From: Eledone cirrhosa
Taxonomy: Eukaryota
Direction: 5' to 3'
Assembly (NCBI GenBank): GCA_964016885.1
Contig: OZ024761.1
Span: forward strand, 2,852,001-2,916,000
DNA: 64,000 nt
Below, piece after piece: positions 55,331 through 64,000 of this stretch. A program made the position numbers and the translations under genes. The notes under the pieces were generated by a model. The model was not told where the DNA came from and ran no database searches. It saw only the letters and a list, made by a program, of their open reading frames with translations. Position 1 is the first letter of the stretch; the number at the start of each line of letters is the position of its first letter.

Positions 55331-56167
55331 CCTATCGGTCAAATCAAATAAAAACCCAATCAGTGCCTTTAACAGTTTACTATAACGACCTAATTTAATC
55401 CAATCGACATTGTTTCTATTATCCAAAAATGTTGATCAACCGATATTATTGGAGTTGTCTCCCTTGCTTGTCAATTTTTAGCTTTTTAAGCACACATAGG
55501 TGAGCTTTTGTCTAACAATTGTTTGGGCGATCACAGTTAATTACAGTTTTAAACTCACATTATCATATATGTGAACCCGCTACAATATTATGTCTAATTG
55601 TCTGGGGTATTTTTTGTCAGCCATTTTGTATATAATACATATTTCCACTGCTCCGTTTGTTTTTTCTTCTTTATTTTTAATTTAATAGAATGAAGGAATA
55701 AAATGAACTCACTGTAGGGGTAAATAAATGGCCTGTTCAACATATATAAAATATTAAGGGAAGCATTTAGCTCAGTAGGTTTAAGAAGCACACTGTGCAG
55801 AGTAACATGTCATCTCGGAACCCTAAGCACATCTAACACTACTTAGTATAATAGAACCATTAATAAAAGATAAATGGATAAAAATATGGTTTTAAGAAAT
55901 ATTTTTATATCGTATATGAAAAGGAATAAAGATGGCGACGGTTGGGGAAGTTATATGTTGAATAGAGTATCTCTCTCTTTATATATATGTATATATATGT
56001 ATGTATGAATATATGTGTATATGTATGTCTGTATATATATATATATATATATATATAAATATTTCGTATCTCCAAAGAAATACGGTTTTAGGAAGCCGTA
56101 GATATGCAAATGCCGGGGGGGGGGGGCTAACGCCCTCTGGTGATGTCCAGCAGAAGCAACGCGGACA

Positions 56168-56212
56168 ACGGTCTATGCATTTCAGGCTTAACTGGCCATC
56201 GTCAGGACGGTC
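56168..56212 (-). ncRNA. Minimal hammerhead ribozyme motif
   Basis: Minus: CCGTC-CTGACGA-TGGCCAGTTAAGCCT-GAAATGCATA-GACCG. Confidence 0.7.
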
Positions 56213-56327
56213 CCGGTCCCTCCCACCGCTTACGACTGCAGGACTAGAAGACAGGCGAGAATATATAGTTTTCTCGTCTGTGTAAATGAGGTGATTAATC
56301 TCATTTGCATATGAAGCTGCATAAGTT

Positions 56328-56562
56328 GAATCTATCTATTTATAAGACAAGACTGTTTATATTGTATTTTGTCTGAAGAAGGCATAGCATATTTTTAATA
56401 TGATATCCCTGAAATATATATAATGAAATAAATATGGTTTTATAAATATAATTTCCATTTATTTAATATCGTAAATATACTCCAAATACTTGTTGAGTGC
56501 TTTTATATCAGTTATAAATATTTACTCGTTGTTAACCCAACAATTTAAATAAAACTTTGCAT
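56328..56562 (+). mobile_element. pLTR family A copy with hammerhead (CTGAAGA 56373, GAAA 56411)
   Basis: Near-identical to 29763-29902 and to the reverse complement of 47071-47290. Confidence 0.85.
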
Positions 56563-56676
56563 ATATATATATATATATATATAGTGAAAGAGTGAAGAAG
56601 AACATGGTCAACAGTACAAAAAGGGTTTTATTTACAGTATTTACTGGATTACCTATAACGATAATTTGTTATCCCA

Positions 56677-56727
<51 letters not shown>

Positions 56728-56779
56728 ATATTATTCAAAATATTAATAAATGAATACGTTCACATAATCAAAATATATG

Positions 56780-56842
56780 TTTTATTATATATATTTCGGA
56801 GGTACTGTGCTGTTTTTTCAGTACGCCCTCATCAGATAAAAT
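56780..56842 (-). ncRNA. Type-I hammerhead ribozyme
   Basis: Minus: TTTTAT-CTGATGA-GGGCGTACTG...CAGTACCTCC-GAAATATATATA-ATAAAA. Confidence 0.8.
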
Positions 56843-57739
56843 ATATGAATTGATGTATGATATACCTCAACTGTCTTGATGGTTCAATTCCAGTATTGGC
56901 AGTGATTTATTACAACAAATCTCAATATTTATATACACAAATAATAACATGATAAACTTAAATATGATGAAGAAGAGGGTGTGGAGCGACATGTAGGTAA
57001 AAGGAGGGGGTGAGTATGAAAAATGTAAGAAGAAATAAAGAGAGAGAGATACATAGAAGAGAAGAGACAAGAAGAGAGAAAAAATAAGATAAGATAGAAG
57101 AAGGAGAGAGGGAAAGAGGAGAGGGAAGACGTAACCGCAAAAAGGAAAGAATGAAAGAAAGAAAGAAGAGAGGGACATGATGCGTGACCGTTGTTTTCAA
57201 ATATTAAGTCAAACAGAAGCGACCAATTAAATTCCGTGAAATTTTTAATATCTTTTGTATTTGTTTACGTTTGAGTTAATTATACTAATGTATTATATCA
57301 AAATTAAACAATATAAAAATATTTTCTATAGTAATTAGAAGCATAGTTCAATTAATAAATATATTCAATATTTTGTTACAAAATTCAAAAATCAAAAACA
57401 TTTTTACCTCTCAAGCAAGTTTACAAACATATTAAATATGTATAAGGATATTTACCACAACATATTCACATATCACCATCAGTATATGCATTTTATATAA
57501 TGTTTAGAATTATTATCAGAATTATTCATTTTACAATATAAACGGTTGTCATTTACTTATTGGATTAATAAGTAGTTATATTTACTCTTTAAAGTATTAT
57601 TATTTCGATTCTAATTTCGTAACTATATCATAATATCATAATATATGTAGTTTCCCTATAACCATTAATATGATGTTAAATAAACATTATTAATCCATTT
57701 GGATTAATAAGGTTTATTATTAATAATGTTTATTATTAA

Positions 57740-58562
57740 TAATTGTTTCTACTTTAGGCACAAGGCCAGCAATTACCCAGTGCATTACTGGTACTTTATT
57801 TAATCGACCCCGTAAGGATGAAAGGCAAAGTCAACCTCGGCGGGATTTGAACTCAGATCGTAAAGGGACGTAACTATGCTGGAAAGCATGGCGTCCGACC
57901 CTCTACCGATACTGCCAATCCACCGCCCTTTGTTTATTATTAATAATGTTTATTAATAATGTTTATTATAAAGGCAAAGTCAACCTCGGAGGGATCTGAG
58001 TTCAAATCCCTCCGAGGTTGACTTTGCCTTTCATCCTTACGGGGTCGATAAAATAAAGTACCAGTAATGCACTGGAATAATTGCTGGCCTTGTGCCTAAA
58101 GTAGAAACAATTATTAATCCATTTGGATAAAAAGAAAATTATATACGAAGAATGTAAACAAAGGGTATCCATGTGTGGTCATTTATATATTATCTAAATG
58201 CTTTAAAAGCCAGAAGATATTTTAAACCGCAAGTTCAGAAAGTTCTAGTTACACAATGGCCGTTCAAAAAATCGAATCATGAGATTAATTCACTATATAA
58301 AAAACCGATATACAATTATAAGGTAAGGCAAAACATTATATATATAATAACAATAATTCAAGAATTATTAATAATAATAATTGTTTCTACTTTAGGCACA
58401 AGGCCAGCAATTACCGAATACATTACTGGTACTTTATTTTATCGACCCCGTAAGCATGGCGTCCGACCCTCTATCGATACTGCCAATCCACCCCCCAAAA
58501 ATATGGACTAGTATAATGCACTGGGTAATTGCTGGCCTTGTGCCTAAAGTAGAAACAATTGT
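57740..58562. mobile_element. Cluster of young SINE copies in alternating orientation (57741-57930 -, 57971-58113 fold-back/+, 58378-58491 -, 58513-58560 +)
   Basis: Near-identical SINE bodies; hairpin AAAGGCAAAGTCAACCTCGGAGGGAT..ATCCCTCCGAGGTTGACTTTGCCTTT. Confidence 0.88.
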
Positions 58563-58649
58563 TAATAATAATAATACTAGTCCATATTTTTTTTCTCCTC
58601 ATAGAAAGTATTTTTTTCTAAATTTGTATGATACTTGAAATGTTTTTCC

Positions 58650-59075
58650 AAATGTATGGAGGCAACTTGCAAATAACTCGTTTTTGGTTAATTAAATTAC
58701 TATAATTGGTAATTATTAATAGAGTTTTTAAATTGCAAAGATTGTAATTTGGTGAGAAGGAAGCTTTTTGATAGGACTCAGAGTTTCTAAGTTTACACCA
58801 AGAAATTGAGTATTTAATTTTTTTCTCTTTTAATTGTGATAATGAAGTAGAAAGTTTTTTATCTGGATTTCAGAAATAATGTTTATGATTGGAAAAACGA
58901 AACTTAAAGTTCGATGAAGTGGCACCAATGTGGTTATAAGTATTATTATTATTTGTCTTAATGGTACGTTTATATACTAACTTCTTATCAAGGCAATTGT
59001 TTTGTAAAGGGCATTCAGAGAAGTTTTCTGGAGTTAGTAATATTTTAAATAATATTACTAACTCCAGAAAACTTC
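58650..59075 (-). mobile_element. Naiad-like Penelope GIY-YIG fragment with terminal hairpin
   Basis: ECPLQNNCLDKKLVYKRTI..HIGATSSNFKFRFSNHKH..KIKYSISW..NLCNLK; 25-bp-arm hairpin at 59020-59075. Confidence 0.8.
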
Positions 59076-59147
59076 ATTGTAGAGTGCTTTTAATCTATTG
59101 TAAAACTATATTCATTGAGTAATCAATGAATCATATTAATCTTTGGT

Positions 59148-59184
<37 letters not shown>

Positions 59185-59329
59185 ATATGAATATATATAT
59201 ATGTATGTATGTATATATGAATATATATATATGTATGTATGTATATATGAATATATATATATGTATGTATGTATATATGAATATATATATATGTATGTAT
59301 GTATATATGAATGAATATATATGTATATA

Positions 59330-59408
<79 letters not shown>

Positions 59409-59924
59409 TGTATATATATTTATATTTTTGCGTGTGTATACGTGTTATATGATATGTAGTTCTCTAGCAATATATAGATTTCTTAATGTATAGATCCCAA
59501 TTTTTAATATATTGATCTCAAGTTTTAAAGGATTAACTAAACATCTTATCGTATTTAAACAATGATTAATTTCTCATATTATATATGTATATTCCATTCA
59601 TGATTATTAACATTTCTAATTTTATTTATTCATTTCATCTCAATTGTTAAGTTAACTCAACAAGATATGACTTAAAGTTTTCGTTCTCTCCCCTTCTCTC
59701 TGTCTCATCTCTCTCTCTATATCTTTTTCTCTCTGTTGTTTTGGTCTTTTCTCTCTTTTTTCTCTCTTTCTCTCTTTTTCTCTCTCTACTTCTTTTTCTT
59801 TCTCTGTAACCCAACGGCTTATTTTAAAAATAAAAATATCCAATACTAATAATAATATAAGTAAACAACTCCACTATCCGGGAGCTTCCAACAGTAATGG
59901 TTGCATTTTTTAAGGGTATGTCAA

Positions 59925-60056
59925 TATTTATTTATAAAACTGATCTATATTATATTTTGTCTGATGAAAGCACACCATAATTTAACTTAGTGTCCTTGAA
60001 ATATGTATAATGAAATAAATATGGTTTATAAATATAGTTTCCATTTGTTAATATCG
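59925..60056 (+). mobile_element. pLTR family A copy with hammerhead (CTGATGA 59961, GAAA 59998)
   Basis: Shares TAATGAAATAAATATGGTTT..AAATATAGTTTCCATTT..TTAATATCG followed by (TA)n. Confidence 0.8.
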
Positions 60057-60280
60057 TATATATATATATATATATTTTTTTTTTTTCTCAACCTGTTAGT
60101 TCTTTCGTTACTTTGGTATTGTGTGTTAAATTTTGCCTACCACAATGTTCAATTTGTCAAGCTATTTAAACGTATGTTATTACTCTAAGGACCTACCTTG
60201 TCGAGTGCTTTGCTAACTCATTCATATAGTAGGTCGAATTTGCTTGCACACCGCCAAAGATTCGATTTTACTAAGCCTTC

Positions 60281-60414
<134 letters not shown>

Positions 60415-60434
60415 GTGTTTTCACCGCACCAAAT

Positions 60435-60603
60435 AATTGTTTCTACTTTTGGCACAAGGCCAGCAATTACCCAGTGCATTACTGGTACTTTATTTTATCG
60501 ACCCCGTAAGGATGAAAGGCAAAGTTAACCTCGGCGGAATTTTAACTCAGAATGGCAAGGGCCGTAACTCTATGCGTCAAAGCATGGCGTCCGACCCTCT
60601 ACA
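60435..60603 (-). mobile_element. tRNA-derived SINE
   Basis: Colinear with 57741-57905. Confidence 0.88.
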
Positions 60604-60702
60604 GATGACGTTTAAATATATCGCAATAAATTAACTAGACTCTCGCTATTCCCTGTCAATAATGTGCTCAAAGGAAAATTAATCCTGAGCTCTTTAAAAT
60701 AC

Positions 60703-61098
60703 AATATGTTGAAAAGGTAACCCACTAGAGAGAGATAGTGTGCCATCAATAAAACAGGGAAAAACTACCAATGTGTGGAATCTATAACCTATAAAAGGCA
60801 GGGTAGACACACAATAATTAAAAATATAAATTAAAAAGTATATACGTACCTCTATAACTATATAACACACGTACAAATCCAAAGAGATCTGTTTCTTCTT
60901 GGCGAAACAGATCTCTTTGGATTTGTACGCGTGTGTTATATAGTTATAGAGGTACGTATATACTTTTTAATTTATATTTTTAATTATTGTGTGTCTACCC
61001 TGCCTTTTATAGGTTATAGATTCCATACATTGGTGGTTTTTCCCCGCTTTATTGATGGCACACTATCTCTCTCTAGTGGGTTACCTTTTCAACATATT
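60703..61098. repeat. Long near-perfect palindrome, ~194-bp arms, 8-nt loop
   Basis: Arms 60703-60895 and 60904-61098; loop TTCTTGGC. Confidence 0.93.
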
Positions 61099-61261
61099 AT
61101 ATATATATATATATATTTTCTTTTTCCATTTATCTGAAGGTTCCAAACTCATTATCAGACTAAAATTTCTTTAATCAAAAATACGGTGAAAGCTATTCTA
61201 TTTTCTAATTTCAAACCTGCTCACTGTTTCAAAACATACTTACTTGTCATATATATATATA

Positions 61262-61560
61262 TGTCAGGTCACCAGTTGGTGCTACTGGTAAAATGTATCC
61301 CAGTACAACCTGTGTCATGTTCGGGTCGTTTGCGACTAAACTGGCAACCCCACAGAAGGTTTCTTGGTGAGGAAGGTGACTTTGGACATCCTGCAGGACT
61401 AAAAACAAAACCTGTCAAAGGGCAAAGGAGCTCTTAAGAGTCAATGGCCATCCAAAATCACCTGGAGAGATGACCCCTTAGCCTTTGTCAAGGCAGAATT
61501 CTAGGAGAAGGAAAACTCTGATCTAACACCTGCAACTCGGGTGGTATCCAATGATGTTGA
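61262..61560 (+). mobile_element. Possible LINE 5' UTR (Vingi/RTE-like)
   Basis: CTAGGAGAAGGAAAACTCTGAT motif recalled from such leaders; no coding confirmation. Confidence 0.35.
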
Positions 61561-61824
61561 CTTGTTCTTATTTTTGGTAAATATCATCTTGGTTAAGAGA
61601 GTGGGACTGGCTTTGTGCAGTGCCTTTGCTCACTATAAAAGCTTCACGGCACAGGCATTGCTTTAAATCTGGAGATCTCTCTGCACTTGTCGTCACATGG
61701 TACCATGGGCCCAGCACTATGTATCAATAATTGTCACAGGTGTAGTGTTTGTACCAGAGTTTTCAAGTCGCTGGCTGGACTAAAAAGTCACACTCGTTCA
61801 GCGCATCGATAGGGGTTCTCCTAC

Positions 61825-61942
61825 ATGGAGATATAAAAATACAGAAGCGAAAACCAATCCAAACCAAACAGTGAGTGTGTTTTATTATTATTTCTGGCAA
61901 TATTATAACAATATGACCCTCCGCAAGTATAACAATATATAT

Positions 61943-62032
<90 letters not shown>

Positions 62033-62132
62033 TATACGTACATATATATATATATATACATACATACATATATATATATATACATATATATACATATATA
62101 TAAACATATATATAAATATATATAGACATATA

Positions 62133-62178
<46 letters not shown>

Positions 62179-62234
62179 CACACTCACTGTTTGGTTTGGA
62201 TTGGTTTTCGCTTCTGTATCTTTTATATCTCCAT
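61825..62234. repeat. ~66-bp inverted repeats enclosing (TA)n and (AAT)n tracts
   Basis: ATGGAGATATAAAA.ATACAGAAGCGAAAACCAATCCAAACCAAACAGTGAGTGTGTTTTATTATTA and its reverse complement. Confidence 0.88.
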
Positions 62235-62267
62235 AGTTAATTCATCTGCAAAACAAATTCACATGTG

Positions 62268-62355
<88 letters not shown>

Positions 62356-62358
62356 GAA

Positions 62359-62395
<37 letters not shown>

Positions 62396-62970
62396 CACAC
62401 ACATATATTAATTTTCCACTGGCAGTCTGTTTCCTATAGGAATTTTGCTATTGGGAAAGAAACGGAGAAAAAAATTGGATTAAAATAAAATCGGAATAGA
62501 ACGTCTGAGGGTGGACGGCTGGGGTGGACGGAGGGGTGGGTGTCTGGGGTGGACGGAGGGGTGGGTGTCTGGGGTGGACGGAGGGGGTGTTGTTGAATCA
62601 GTCGGAAATGTCGGGTGGAATATATTTAAGAGAAGTTTTAAAGAGAAACAGGTGTTGAAAGTTGTGTTAGAAGAAATACAGGTAGAAATAGGGATGGAGA
62701 AGGGGTGGGTCGGGAGAAGTGACGGGGTCGGGTGTCAGGTGGAGGGGGGTGTCAGGGTGAGGAGGGTGGCGGGAGAGACAGAGAAAGGAAGGAAGAACGA
62801 GAGAGAAAATGAGAGGGAGTGAGGGAGAAAGCAAGAACAAGAAAGAGAAAAAGGAAGAACGAGAGAGAGAAAGCGAAAGGAAGAACGAAAGATAGAGAGA
62901 GAGAGGGGGAGTGAGACAGAAAGAAGAAAGAGAGAGGAAGAGAAAGGAAGAAAGAGAGAATGAGAGAGAA

Positions 62971-63039
<69 letters not shown>

Positions 63040-63196
63040 CTTTGAAAGTCTGTCAAATATGAAAGAATTGAACTATATTTGGAAAGTGTAATGAGATGTT
63101 AGAATCGGTAGAGTTTCGGAGAAAATAGCTGAGGTATTTAGTTCTGTTCCGTCCTGGGTTCAAATTCCAAAATATTTGGTGTCTTTCTGAGTTCGA

Positions 63197-64000
63197 TTCT
63201 TCTTCTTGTTATGTCTCCTAGGGTGTCAGCTACAAAGCTTGGCTGGATGTGGTTCTGTCACAGCTGAACACATTGCTGTCATTGTGTCAACAAGAGTGTC
63301 AGTTATAAAGCTTGGCTAGATGTGGTTCTACCACAGCTGAACACATTGCTGTCCCTTTGTCCCCAAGAATGTCAGCTACAAAGCTTGACTAGATGTGGTT
63401 CTGCCAGAACATATTGTTGTCCTTTTGTCCACAAAAGTGTCAGCTACAAAACTTGGTTAGATGTGGTTCTGCCAGAACACATTGCTGTCCTTTCTCATTA
63501 AACTCTGCAAAGTCCAATGCTGTGCAGGGGTGTTCCAGCAGGGAGACATATCAGGAAGTGCTGTGGTTCGATGACGCAGTGACACATCCTTTAAACATCC
63601 CCATTTTGCAAGATTGACTGTTGCCCGTCAACACCAGATCTTAGTCTGTTTAGACATTTCCACACTGTATAGTTTGTATCTGCTCTGAGGGGTAGTGCTT
63701 GACTTGCTTTTAGCTTGATTGCTGTTACTGATAGGGGGGTGGGGTGAGTTTTTTCTTCCCAGTGAGTGACTCTTTCACTAGTTATGCTTGATGTTCCAAG
63801 GAGCGTAACTCTCTTTAGGAAACTTTTCCTGGATTTAAGGCGTCTTTTTGCTGGTACATGGCCGAAGAGAGGATGTTGTTGATCTGTAGTCTGTTGTTGG
63901 TACTCTATCTTGCTTGCTGCACTTCATCGTATCTCTGGTGGGGCTATGCCTGCCAGCATATACAGACGCTCTCTATGTGTAGATATGAGGCAGCCCGTGA
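63197..64000 (-). mobile_element. Vingi/Ingi-clade LINE 3' end with 4 tandem copies of its terminal ~70 bp and a (GAA)n tail
   Basis: TGCLISTHIERLYMLAGIAPPEIR..HPLFGHVPAKRRLKSRKSF, WKCLNRLRSGV, NLAKWG, ending WQNHI*; tail ACAAGAAGAAGAA. Confidence 0.82.

Overview
Eukaryotic, AT-rich, almost entirely repetitive DNA. The SINE families, (TA)n/(CA)n load and Penelope content resemble a coleoid cephalopod (Octopus-like) genome; this is inferred from remembered repeat families, not from a search. No intact host gene could be supported, and nearly all long ORFs in the track are translated micro- or minisatellites. The window contains decayed Penelope-like elements (one GC-rich Neptune-like copy, four Naiad-like fragments), Dong/R4, RTE, Vingi and CR1/Jockey-like LINE fragments, many tRNA-derived SINEs and about ten tandem arrays. 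Main observations: (i) about a dozen type-I hammerhead ribozyme motifs from several unrelated sequence families, mostly next to (TA)n tracts; (ii) a ~435-bp hammerhead-bearing tandem unit (non-LTR-retrozyme-like) that inverts inside the ribozyme's own stem II; (iii) recurrent fold-back palindromes at Penelope/ribozyme ends; (iv) five minisatellites traceable to a short segment of a retroelement (LINE RT motif, RTE C-terminus, SINE core, SINE head, Vingi 3' end); (v) a 28 x 52-bp array inside a possible minus-strand recursive-splice/poison exon. Coordinates were read by eye and may be a few bases off.
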